A stretch of 64,000 nt of DNA from Nitrospirota bacterium (GTDB lineage: Bacteria; Nitrospirota; Thermodesulfovibrionia; Thermodesulfovibrionales; JdFR-85), in the NCBI GenBank assembly GCA_013152485.1, contig JAADGG010000050.1, positions 10,090-74,089 of the forward strand. The letters run 5' to 3'. The translations under genes and the position numbers were made by a program. Within the stretch, counting starts at the first letter, position 1. Every line of letters starts with the position of its first letter. Shown one piece after another: positions 40,193 to 52,017 of the stretch. Below the pieces are notes generated by a model. It was not told the origin of the DNA. It made no database searches and worked only from the letters and a program-made list of their open reading frames with translations.

Positions 40193-40639
40193 ATGGCTTT
40201 TTGGGACAAGCTGAAAAAAGACATCAAGAAAGGAATCGACGAAGGCTTGCACGTCTTCAAGGAAGGAACGACCGTCATCAAGAAGAGGGCCGAAACCCTG
40301 TCCGACGACGTAAAAAGCAAGGTAAAGATCTTCGAGCTCAAGCAGAAGATACAGGTCCACCTTACCGACCTTGGCGGCAGGGTCTACGAGATCGCTTCGG
40401 ACAAGAGGAGAAACCCCCTGACAAACGAGAAAGTGAAGTCCATAGTCGAGAAGATAAAAAAGATAGAGGCCCAGATCGAAAAACTGGAAGCCAAGGCGGC
40501 AAAGAAGGCGGCTGCGTCCACTACGGCCAGAAAGGGCGCCAGGAAGGCTGCGAGGAAGACGACCGCAAAGAAGACGCCCCGAAAGAGCGCCGAGCCGAGC
40601 AAGTCAGCGTCCGGAGGAAGGCGCACCAAGAAGGCATGA
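40193..40639 (+). CDS. Hypothetical coiled-coil protein with a Lys/Ala/Arg-rich histone-H1-like tail (phasin/PhaF-like?)
   Basis: 148 aa with a strong SD. The N-terminal ~100 aa are amphipathic and helical. The tail is AKAAKKAAASTTARKGARKAARKTTAKKTPRKSAEPSKSASGGRRTKKA. Confidence 0.6.
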   Translation: MAFWDKLKKDIKKGIDEGLHVFKEGTTVIKKRAETLSDDVKSKVKIFELKQKIQVHLTDLGGRVYEIASDKRRNPLTNEKVKSIVEKIKKIEAQIEKLEAKAAKKAAASTTARKGARKAARKTTAKKTPRKSAEPSKSASGGRRTKKA

Positions 40640-40644
40640 AGCCA

Positions 40645-40670
40645 GCGGGGAGGGCTTCAACCCTCCCCGC
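40645..40670. terminator. Bidirectional terminator hairpin between convergent genes
   Basis: GCGGGGAGGG-CTTCAA-CCCTCCCCGC, a 10-bp perfect GC-rich stem, lies between stops at 40639 (+) and 40675 (-). Confidence 0.6.
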
Positions 40671-40674
40671 GCTG

Positions 40675-43496
<2,822 letters not shown>

Positions 43497-43501
43497 AGGC
43501 G

Positions 43502-44536
43502 GTGCCCGCAGATAAAAAGGGATCGGAAGAACGGATCCTCCTCGCCCATGGCAGCGGCGGCAGGGCAATGCATTCCCTCGTAAGGGAGGTACTGGGTCCG
43601 CTGATCAGGATCGAGGACTTCAGAGACGCCGCCACGGTACCGCTGCAGGAAAAGGACAGGCTTTCAAGCGAACTCGTCTTCACCACGGACAGCTATGTCG
43701 TATCTCCGCTCTTCTTCCCGGGTGGGGACATCGGTTCCCTCTCCGTAAACGGCACAATCAATGACCTCGCCGTCTCAGGGGCATCGCCACTCTGTCTGTC
43801 GCTGAGTCTGATAATAGAAGAGGGGCTTCCCATGGACTCACTCATCAGGATACTCCGCTCCGTGAAAGGGGCGGCAGAGGCGGCAGGGATCAGGATCGTC
43901 ACGGGAGACACGAAGGTTGTGAACAGGGGTAAAGGCGACGGGCTGTTCATAAACACCTCCGGAGTCGGGGCAGTGCGTCAGGGGGTGAGCCTTTCTCCCA
44001 AAAACGTCACTCCCGGCGATGTCGTGATCGTGAGCGGCTCCATCGGAAATCACGGCATGGCGGTCATGGCCGAACGAAACGGCATCGTGTTCGACCCGCC
44101 GCTGCTGAGTGATACGGCCGCACTGAACGGATTGGTTGAGGACATGCTATCGCATACGACGGAGATCCGCGTCATGAGAGATCCCACCCGCGGCGGACTG
44201 GCAACGACACTGAAAGAGATCGCCCTTGAATCGGGCACGTGTATCGAGATAGAGGAGGAGAGGATTCCGGTGACGGGCAGTGTAAGGGGGGCATGTGAAC
44301 TGCTGGGCATAGACCCTCTGTATGTGGCAAACGAGGGTGTGCTTGTTGCTTTTGCGGAGAGAAGTGTGGCAAAATCTCTATTGGACAGGATGAAGGAGAA
44401 CCCCTCCGGCAGAGGCTCCGCAGTAATCGGATGCGTAAAGAAGGAGCCGGAGGGAACCGTGGTTCTCAAGACTTCGATCGGTGGAAGCCGTGTTGTGGAT
44501 ATGCTCCCCGGAGAGCAGCTTCCCCGCATCTGTTAG
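43502..44536 (+). CDS. hypE: [NiFe]-hydrogenase maturation protein HypE
   Basis: 344 aa with the AIR-synthase-like fold pattern (LAHGSGG, VFTTDSYVV.PLFFPGGDIG, DPTRGG) and the diagnostic C-terminal PRIC. Confidence 0.88.
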   Translation: MPADKKGSEERILLAHGSGGRAMHSLVREVLGPLIRIEDFRDAATVPLQEKDRLSSELVFTTDSYVVSPLFFPGGDIGSLSVNGTINDLAVSGASPLCLSLSLIIEEGLPMDSLIRILRSVKGAAEAAGIRIVTGDTKVVNRGKGDGLFINTSGVGAVRQGVSLSPKNVTPGDVVIVSGSIGNHGMAVMAERNGIVFDPPLLSDTAALNGLVEDMLSHTTEIRVMRDPTRGGLATTLKEIALESGTCIEIEEERIPVTGSVRGACELLGIDPLYVANEGVLVAFAERSVAKSLLDRMKENPSGRGSAVIGCVKKEPEGTVVLKTSIGGSRVVDMLPGEQLPRIC

Positions 44537-44589
44537 GTGTCAGGCCGCAAACGGCATGAACGTCCGGTTTCAGCGGATTCAACGGGGAT

Positions 44590-45075
44590 TTGATGCCGGA
44601 GAAGCCGGGGGCTGTACAACCCGATATCCGCCTCAGAAGAGACAAACCCATGACAGAAAAAGTTGTACTCCGTTACAAGGACGGTTCGGTTGTCAAAGGC
44701 AGTCTCAGGGACTTCTCCGAGACGGCCAAGGAGCTCAGCATCGAAGAGTACCCCTCCGGAAACGTGCTGACCGTCAGGGTCGACCTGTTGAAAGCCATAT
44801 TCTTTGTCAGGTCTTTCGAGGGGGATCCATCCTACAGGGAAGTCAAGCGTTACGGCATCTCCAGGGAAAAGGGCAGAAAGGTCTACGTTCGGTTCAAAGA
44901 CAAGGAGAGCCTGCTCGGTTATCTCGATGGAGAGCTTCCCTGGCAAAAGGGCTTTTTCCTGTCAAGAACAAACAAGGACAGCACCGGCTTCTTCCTCGTT
45001 CCTGTCGATGAAGGCTGCAACAATATAAAGATCTTCGTAGTCGGCTCGGCGATCGATGATATAGCGGTGATGTAG
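44590..45075 (+). CDS. Hypothetical protein with an apparent internal duplication
   Basis: Coding-like composition. Two similar segments (VVLRYKDGSVVKGSL... and VYVRFKDKESLLGYL...). The start is ambiguous (TTG 44590, ATG 44593 or ATG 44650). Confidence 0.5.
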   Translation: MMPEKPGAVQPDIRLRRDKPMTEKVVLRYKDGSVVKGSLRDFSETAKELSIEEYPSGNVLTVRVDLLKAIFFVRSFEGDPSYREVKRYGISREKGRKVYVRFKDKESLLGYLDGELPWQKGFFLSRTNKDSTGFFLVPVDEGCNNIKIFVVGSAIDDIAVM

Positions 45076-45083
45076 GAGATACA

Positions 45084-46109
45084 ATGGCAAGTCTTGAAGG
45101 ACGTGCATCAGGTGACAAGGGGGTCCGGGGACCGGGAACCGGCATCAGCGTGACGATCAGGCTGTTTGCCTTCGTTGCGGGACTGACGATCCTGCTCATC
45201 TCTTCAGTGCCTGCATCTTCGAGCATACTCCTGGACAGGGTGGTGGCGGTGGTCGGCAGGGACGTGATCACCTGGAGCGAGCTGTACAAGGCCATGGAGT
45301 TCGAACTGGGCGGCAAACTCGCCGGGCTCTCGCCGGAAGAAAAGAAGGAGCAGCTGAAGAAATACGAAAAGGACTTTCTCCGAATGCTGATCGACATGAA
45401 GATTCAGCTCAATGAGGCGAGAAGGTTGAACATAGGGGTGTCGAAGGAAGACGTCGAATCAGCCATAGGCCGGATACGGCAAAAATACGGCCTGAGCGAA
45501 ACGGCGTTCCTCAAGGCATTGAAAAAGGAGGGGTTCTCTCTCGAGGAGTACAAGAAGAAGGTCTCCGAGCAGATAACGCTCAGCAAACTCGTCAACCTCG
45601 AGATAAGGAGCAAGATACTCGTTACCGAGAAGGAGATAGACGACTACATCGAGGCCAACAGCGACAGTATCGATCTGTCCGAGGGATACAGGGTCCGGCA
45701 CATATTCTTTCCGGTCGGCACGCCCGAGGAGAAGGCGGCAGCCGAGAGAAAGGCTGACGAGGTCATGAAGCTCCTGGAAAGCGGCGACCCCTTCGAAGAC
45801 CTCGCAAGGAGGTTTTCCGAGGGATCGGATGCATCAAGCGGAGGAGACCTCGGCGTAATAAAGAAAAACGATCTCGCTCCCGAGTTCCTCAAGGTCATAG
45901 AAGGCCTGAAAGTCGGAGAGCACAGCACCCCCTTCTGGTCGGGAAGGGGCCTCCACATAATAAAACTCGAAGGCGTCTACCGGCCGGATGACGAGGCAGC
46001 ACTCAGAAAGAAGGTGCGGGAGATACTCATAGAGAAGAAACTGAGGGACGCCTTGAACGACTACATCCGCTCCCTCAGAAGCAAGGTTTTCATCGAGGTA
46101 AAGCTCTGA
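45084..46109 (+). CDS. SurA/PpiD-like periplasmic chaperone with a parvulin PPIase domain
   Basis: 341 aa: hydrophobic N-terminal segment, SurA_N-like helical region, and a parvulin motif (RVRHIFF...GGDLGVI...F...G..S.PF.S..GLHIIKLEG). Confidence 0.8.
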   Translation: MASLEGRASGDKGVRGPGTGISVTIRLFAFVAGLTILLISSVPASSSILLDRVVAVVGRDVITWSELYKAMEFELGGKLAGLSPEEKKEQLKKYEKDFLRMLIDMKIQLNEARRLNIGVSKEDVESAIGRIRQKYGLSETAFLKALKKEGFSLEEYKKKVSEQITLSKLVNLEIRSKILVTEKEIDDYIEANSDSIDLSEGYRVRHIFFPVGTPEEKAAAERKADEVMKLLESGDPFEDLARRFSEGSDASSGGDLGVIKKNDLAPEFLKVIEGLKVGEHSTPFWSGRGLHIIKLEGVYRPDDEAALRKKVREILIEKKLRDALNDYIRSLRSKVFIEVKL

Positions 46110-46113
46110 ATCC

Positions 46114-46893
46114 ATGAAGACCGCCCTCACTATAGCCGGCTCCGACCCTACATGCGGGGCAGGAGTGCAGCTCGACATCAAGGTCTTTCAGCGCATCGGC
46201 GTGCACGGCCTCTCGGTCATCACCTCGATAACATCACAGAACACCGTAGCGGTTAAATCCGTCCATCCAGTCGATACCGGCACGGTCGTGGAACAGATAG
46301 AGGTCCTGCTTGAAGATATCGGTGTGGATGCCCTAAAGACAGGCATGCTTTACAGCAGGTCAACGGTTGAGGCGGTCTCGGCGGTACTGAAGAGTCGCGG
46401 ACTCTCCAACGTCGTGGTGGATCCCGTAATGGTGTCATCCTCCGGCATGCCCCTGGTCGAAGAGGGGGCTGCGGACAGGATGACGGAAGTCCTCTTTCCA
46501 CTGACAACGGTCGTGACTCCCAACATCTATGAGGCGTCACTCTTGAGCGGCATTAACATAGAGGATGCAGACACCCTGTACGAAGCAGCGCGAAGGATCA
46601 AATCCCTCGGTCCGCAGGCGGTCGTCATAACCGGGGGGCACTTTCCCGCCCCTGACGGAGGCAATACGGTAGTGGACCTCTACTACGACGGCACCGAGTT
46701 CCACCGCTTCGATTCGGAACGGATTGCCGGGGAATATCACGGTACAGGCTGTGCCTTCACCTCTGCGCTCACCGCATACCTGTCTCTCGGCGTATCGGCC
46801 GTTGAGGCGTCGAGGAAGGCGAAGGAGTTTGTTGACTCCGCCGTCAGGAGGGCCTCTCACATAGGCGGGGGGATGGGAATCCTCGGGGTGTAA
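46114..46893 (+). CDS. thiD: Hydroxymethylpyrimidine/phosphomethylpyrimidine kinase
   Basis: 259 aa. Motifs: ALTIAGSDPTCGAGVQLDIKVF, KTGML, VVDPVM, TPN..E, GTGCAFTSAL. Confidence 0.92.
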   Translation: MKTALTIAGSDPTCGAGVQLDIKVFQRIGVHGLSVITSITSQNTVAVKSVHPVDTGTVVEQIEVLLEDIGVDALKTGMLYSRSTVEAVSAVLKSRGLSNVVVDPVMVSSSGMPLVEEGAADRMTEVLFPLTTVVTPNIYEASLLSGINIEDADTLYEAARRIKSLGPQAVVITGGHFPAPDGGNTVVDLYYDGTEFHRFDSERIAGEYHGTGCAFTSALTAYLSLGVSAVEASRKAKEFVDSAVRRASHIGGGMGILGV

Positions 46894-46906
46894 TCATAAA
46901 GGCGCC

Positions 46907-48265
46907 ATGAGCAGAACCAAAACCGTCTATACATGCCAGTCGTGTGGCTACACGTCCCTGAAATGGCTCGGAAAGTGTCCGGATTGCGGCTCCTGGAACA
47001 CGCTCGTGGAAGAGACAACCGGCAAGGGGTCGGACCGCGGCCCCATTTCTGCGACAGGCCCGGTCCCCCTCTCAGAGATCATCCTCGGAACCGACAACAG
47101 GACATCAACGCACATAGGGGAGCTCGACAGGGTCCTCGGCGGCGGCGTGGTGGCGGGAGCCGTTGTGCTTATCGGTGGAGATCCCGGGGTTGGAAAGTCC
47201 ACACTGATACTTCAGGCAATGTCACGCCTCCTCGGCAGCGGCGGAGGAAAGTGCCTCTACGTATCAGGGGAGGAATCGGCCTCACAGTTGAAGCTGAGGG
47301 CGTCAAGGCTTGGAATAGACTCTGAGGACATACTCGTACTGTCGGAAACCTCCCTCGAGGTGATCCTCGCTGAAACGGAACGAACAAGACCCGCGTTTGT
47401 GGTGATAGACTCCATACAGACAACCTACAGCGAAGAACTCCAGTCGGCACCCGGGACCGTGGGACAGGTCAGGGAGTGCTCGGCACGACTGATGCTGCAT
47501 GCCAAGAGATACGGCATTCCCACCTTCATCATAGGTCATGTTACGAAAGACGGCTCCATAGCGGGACCGCGCGTGCTCGAACACATCGTGGATACGGTCC
47601 TCTATTTCGAAGGTGACAGGGCCCATTCCTTCAGGGTGCTGAGGACCGTCAAGAACCGCTTCGGCTCAACCAACGAGATAGGCGTGTTCGAGATGACCGA
47701 CTCGGGCCTGATGGAGATAACAAACCCCTCCGAGCTCTTCCTGAGGGAGAGGTCCTCGGACGCTTCGGGCTCTGCAGCCACATCAACAATTGAGGGAACC
47801 AGGCCGCTGATAGTCGAGATCCAGGCTCTCGTATCACCCACGACCTTCGGGGTCCCGAGAAGGACGTCCATAGGGGTCGACGGCCAGAGGGTGAACCTCC
47901 TGATAGCCGTGCTGGAGAAGATCGGGGGGTTGCACCTCGGCCTGACGGACATATATGTGAACGTGGTCGGGGGGCTCAGAATAGCGGAACCCGCGACAGA
48001 CCTTCCGATCATACTCTCCATAGCATCCTCCCTCAAGGAAATCCCCATCCCCTCTGACGTCTTCGTCTTCGGAGAGGTCGGGCTCTCGGGAGAGATCCGG
48101 GCCGTGACACAGGCTGAGGCAAGGCTCAACGAGGGAGAAAAGATAGGCTTCAAGAGGGCGGTCATACCGGCGAGCAACCTGAGCAGGCTCAATCAGAGGT
48201 CAGACCTGCAGCTGACGGGTGTAAGGGATATACATGAAGCGATGGAGTCTGTACTGAGCCGATAG
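46907..48265 (+). CDS. radA: DNA repair protein RadA/Sms
   Basis: 452 aa: zinc finger (CQSCGYTSLKWLGKCPDCGSWNT), Walker A (GDPGVGKST), KNRFG, and a Lon-like C-terminal domain. Confidence 0.95.
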   Translation: MSRTKTVYTCQSCGYTSLKWLGKCPDCGSWNTLVEETTGKGSDRGPISATGPVPLSEIILGTDNRTSTHIGELDRVLGGGVVAGAVVLIGGDPGVGKSTLILQAMSRLLGSGGGKCLYVSGEESASQLKLRASRLGIDSEDILVLSETSLEVILAETERTRPAFVVIDSIQTTYSEELQSAPGTVGQVRECSARLMLHAKRYGIPTFIIGHVTKDGSIAGPRVLEHIVDTVLYFEGDRAHSFRVLRTVKNRFGSTNEIGVFEMTDSGLMEITNPSELFLRERSSDASGSAATSTIEGTRPLIVEIQALVSPTTFGVPRRTSIGVDGQRVNLLIAVLEKIGGLHLGLTDIYVNVVGGLRIAEPATDLPIILSIASSLKEIPIPSDVFVFGEVGLSGEIRAVTQAEARLNEGEKIGFKRAVIPASNLSRLNQRSDLQLTGVRDIHEAMESVLSR

Positions 48266-48271
48266 ACGGGG

Positions 48272-49090
48272 CTATGATTCGGGCTTCAATCCCAGATCGA
48301 CGGCCACGGTGTCGATGATGTCCTCGTCGATCTTCTCTCGCTTCATCAGGTAGCCCTCAAGGAGTGCATTGTCGCAGATCGTATTGATAAGCCGGGGAAT
48401 CCCTCTCGAGAAGTAGTAGATCCTGGAGAGCGCGTTGTCAGTGAATATGTCACCCGATCCTGCAACATTGAGCCTGTATCTTATGTAGTCGATGGTACTG
48501 TTTTCAGATAGGGAGTGGAGCCTGATCCTCATCGCCACCCTCTGTTTCAGCGGTTCATCCAGGGCGAGCACGTCTTCGAGTTCGGGCAGGCCGAAGAATA
48601 CGAAGTTCGCCATCTTGCCGTCAGCCATCTCCATGTTCAGCAACCCCCGGAACTCCTCCATTATCTCTCCCGAGTTCAGCATCTGCACCTCGTCGATCAA
48701 TACAACCGCTTTTCTTCCCGATTCGTTGATCTCCAGGAGACGGTTGTATATCTGTCCCAGAACCTCCACCTTGTCCTCTTTCACATTCTCGACACCGAAC
48801 TGTATCGCAAACTTCTTGAGCAGCCAGTCCGAGCTCACGGCCGAGTGGATCACCACTAGGAGCGTTGCCTCAAAGTGTTCCTCATCGAGTTCCTCAAGCA
48901 ATCTCCTCGCAAGCGTGGTCTTTCCGGTACCGATGTCTCCGATCACGACAGCAAGACCCTTCTTGCTGTCCATGGCATATTTCAGCTTGGTGAGGGCCTC
49001 TGCATGCTGAACGCTGTTGTAGTAGAACTTGTTGTCCACAACGTTCGAGAACGGATGCTCTTTAAGCTTATAGTATCTCAGGTAATCCAT
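48272..49090 (-). CDS. ExeA/MshM-like AAA ATPase
   Basis: 272 aa. Starts Y..Y.LKEHPF. Walker A (GDIGTGKTTLAR), Walker B (VVLIDEVQ). Typical of the GspA/ExeA/MshM and PEP-CTERM-locus ATPase family. Confidence 0.8.
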   Translation of the reverse strand: MDYLRYYKLKEHPFSNVVDNKFYYNSVQHAEALTKLKYAMDSKKGLAVVIGDIGTGKTTLARRLLEELDEEHFEATLLVVIHSAVSSDWLLKKFAIQFGVENVKEDKVEVLGQIYNRLLEINESGRKAVVLIDEVQMLNSGEIMEEFRGLLNMEMADGKMANFVFFGLPELEDVLALDEPLKQRVAMRIRLHSLSENSTIDYIRYRLNVAGSGDIFTDNALSRIYYFSRGIPRLINTICDNALLEGYLMKREKIDEDIIDTVAVDLGLKPES

Positions 49091-49215
49091 GTATCTTCAG
49101 CATGTATGACGAGACTTTCATTTTGTAAACACCGGTCTGCGCCGGTTCGAAAAAACAAGCTGTAATAGTTATCCACAATCGCCGCGTTTTTGTAAAGTCC
49201 CGGGATCGGGACGAT

Positions 49216-51726
49216 CTACAAGTAAGAGATCCTGTCCTTCCTGGGCTTGAACGCGTCGCCGACCACCGCGGCATCGGTCTGCTTGCCGACACCGAGTTTC
49301 TCTTTCAAGGCGTTCACCTTCTCACCGACATCCCTGAACTTCGAATCCCATCCGAAAACCTCGACGTACAGGTCGAGAGCCCGCTCGGCGTCACCGTTCT
49401 TTTCATATGCCTCCGCAAGTTCATACTTGGTGCTCCAGTATGCCTCGTCCTTCTCTTCTATGTTGTCTATCGCCTCCTGAAGGGCATCGATTGCGAGTGG
49501 ATAGAGTTTTTTCTCCATGAAGCAGAGGCCGAGCATGCTGGCGGCCTGTACTCTCCTGTTCGGATCCTTCCTTGCGGTCTGAAACTCCTTTATGGCGTCA
49601 TCAACGAGTCCCATCTCCTTGTAGGCTATGCCCAGGTTGTAATGGGTCTCGGAGTCTTCCTCTTCGAGCTCCTCCGAAACCCCCCGTTTGAACTCTTCGA
49701 ATATCTCGAGCACCTCGCTGTCGAGTGTCGGCTCAGGCACTCCCTCCTCCACGGGCTCTTCGGTCATGACATCCCCTACCGGTCCGGTCTCGGATACCAT
49801 GTCAGGCGGGACCATGCCTTCCGAGACACCGCTGTCGACATCCTGTGCCGGCATCGAGTCGATCGAGGCAGGGGGTGGCTCCGGCGAAGCAGGTGCCGGT
49901 GTCTCCTTCGTGGAAATCCTGCTCCTTATCTCCTCCACCTTGGCCCGGATATCCTCGTTGTCGGGAAAGACCTCGAGCACCCGGTTGTATATTGAAACGG
50001 CTTCCTCATAAAGTCCCTGCCGCTGGTAGAACTCCGCCTCCGACAGTTCATCCTTGAAATCGTCCAGAGAGGAAGCACCGGCAGGAGTGACGGAAGTCTC
50101 CTGGATATCCTCCTGTTCCACCACTGAGGGAGGCGGTGACTCGGGCCCCTCTTCTTCAAATCCTATATTCCCGCTGCCTGTGAACTCTGTGTCGGGTGAC
50201 GGTGAGGCGCTGACCTCCTCGGTGGCACTGGTGAGTTCCAGGAGTCTCGGATCCTCGGGGTCTATCTCGAATGCCTCCTTGAGCGCCTGCTCACGCTGCT
50301 CAACACGCCCCTCCTTCTCATGGATTCTCGCAAGAATAAGGCACTCTGTCACTGCACCCTCTTTATCGTTCATCTCGAGGTAGATATCCTTGAGCCTCTT
50401 GTGAACCTCCAGGTTCCCGGGTTCTTCGACCTTGAGTTTCTCCAAGATGTCCACTGCTTCATCCAGCAGCCCGTATCTAAGGAATATGTCCACATCGACG
50501 AGTTTTTCATCGGTCGCCTTCTCTTCGGTCTCGGTAGGGAAGGCGATGCCGAGCTTCTCCTCGAGTTCCGCGATCCTTGATATCACGGTTTCAGAGTCAG
50601 GCCTGATCTTCTTGGCCTCAATGTATGTGGTGAAGGCATCTTCGAGAGACCCTTGACTCAACTGTATTTCAGCCAGGGTCAAGAGTTCTTCGAAGAGTTC
50701 CTCCTCCCGGCCGAGCCTCTGGTAGAGCTGCACGAGCTTCTCGGAGCACTCCAGAGGGGAGGTCTCCCTGAACTTCTTGAGAAACTCCACAGCCTCTTCA
50801 TACAATCCACGCCCAAGATAGTAATCGACTACAGTCTTGTAGCTGTCCCACGCAAGTTCACCCTGTCCCTCCTCGAGATAGATCTCTCCAAGAAGCCTGC
50901 TCGCCTCAACAGCCACCTCGTCCCCGGAGCCGGCCGGATAGGCAGAGAGGATCCTCTGCAGTATATCCTTTGCAGCGGAAAGGTCTCCCTCTTTCAGGAG
51001 CAGCTCTGCATAGAGCAGCTGCAGGTCTATGTTGTCGGGGTGAAGCTCCGTTCCCTTGGCGAGCAGATCCTTCGCCTCCTCGGTCAGTCCCCTCGCAATA
51101 TAGAAACCGGCAAGGAGCTTGTATACGGCCTCCTGACGCGGGTACAGCTCGAACGACCTCTCGTAGCACTCCCTCGCCTTGTCGAAATCCCCCTTCTTCT
51201 CCGATATCTTTCCGATCTCCAGGTATTCCCTGGCCGCCTCTTCCACATAGCCTTCCTTCTGAAGATACTCCGCCAGCTTGACCCTCAGAGAGAGATTGGT
51301 CGGAGCGAGGTTGATTATCCTCTCGCATATGGGGATCAGTTCATCCCTGTCGCCGTGCTTTATGTATGCATCGATGGATGCAAGGTAATACTTGATGGCG
51401 TCGGTTATCAGTCCCTTCTCCTCGTTGAGCCGGCCGATGAAAAGGAGTGCCTTTGGGTCAGAGGAATCGATGTTCAGGATCTTCTTGTAGAGGGCGAGGG
51501 CCTTGGTTATGAATCCTTCATCCCTGAAGTACTCGGCGGCCTTGTGGAAGTAGTCGACCGCAAGGGCACGGTTGCCGTTCTTGAGGCACAGATCTCCTAT
51601 TGTATTATATATGTTACCGTCGGGATGGCGGGTGACATACTCCTGCCATGCATAGATAGCCTTGTCTATCTGACCTTTGGAGAGGAATCTCTGTGCTTCT
51701 CTGAATACTGCAGCCTTATCTGTCAT
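49216..51726 (-). CDS. Large TPR-repeat protein with a central acidic/Pro-rich linker
   Basis: 836 aa with no signal peptide seen. TPR-like repeats occupy both halves. The middle is low-complexity (…EEVSASPSPDTEFTGSGNIGFEEEGPESPPPSVVEQEDIQE… and …PAPASPEPPPASIDSMPAQDVDSG…). Confidence 0.8.
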   Translation of the reverse strand: MTDKAAVFREAQRFLSKGQIDKAIYAWQEYVTRHPDGNIYNTIGDLCLKNGNRALAVDYFHKAAEYFRDEGFITKALALYKKILNIDSSDPKALLFIGRLNEEKGLITDAIKYYLASIDAYIKHGDRDELIPICERIINLAPTNLSLRVKLAEYLQKEGYVEEAAREYLEIGKISEKKGDFDKARECYERSFELYPRQEAVYKLLAGFYIARGLTEEAKDLLAKGTELHPDNIDLQLLYAELLLKEGDLSAAKDILQRILSAYPAGSGDEVAVEASRLLGEIYLEEGQGELAWDSYKTVVDYYLGRGLYEEAVEFLKKFRETSPLECSEKLVQLYQRLGREEELFEELLTLAEIQLSQGSLEDAFTTYIEAKKIRPDSETVISRIAELEEKLGIAFPTETEEKATDEKLVDVDIFLRYGLLDEAVDILEKLKVEEPGNLEVHKRLKDIYLEMNDKEGAVTECLILARIHEKEGRVEQREQALKEAFEIDPEDPRLLELTSATEEVSASPSPDTEFTGSGNIGFEEEGPESPPPSVVEQEDIQETSVTPAGASSLDDFKDELSEAEFYQRQGLYEEAVSIYNRVLEVFPDNEDIRAKVEEIRSRISTKETPAPASPEPPPASIDSMPAQDVDSGVSEGMVPPDMVSETGPVGDVMTEEPVEEGVPEPTLDSEVLEIFEEFKRGVSEELEEEDSETHYNLGIAYKEMGLVDDAIKEFQTARKDPNRRVQAASMLGLCFMEKKLYPLAIDALQEAIDNIEEKDEAYWSTKYELAEAYEKNGDAERALDLYVEVFGWDSKFRDVGEKVNALKEKLGVGKQTDAAVVGDAFKPRKDRISYL

Positions 51727-52017
51727 TATATCTTACCGTAACCATGAGTATCATCAAGTCAGGTACCTAAACATAGGGTATCAATAATTATCCTTATATG
51801 TCAATAACTTTGAACGGGAACCACATAAGACCTTAAAAAAACAGCCAAAAATCCACTCATCCGTCGCTGTTTCGGGCCCGTTGCCGGGCCGTGTGCATTA
51901 TTTCAGGGCCATGAGGTAAAATACACTTCAACACAGCGGCGAAAGAAGCGGGCTCACTGGGAGACGACGCGACAACGGTTCGTCGGTTCAGGATGCACCC
52001 GAAGATCAGGAGGTATC

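Noticed and set aside
51930-52017. NiCo (czcD-type) riboswitch upstream of larC
   Set aside because: I cannot reconstruct the four-way junction or recall the consensus reliably enough. It is kept only as a low-interest leader candidate pending a covariance-model scan.
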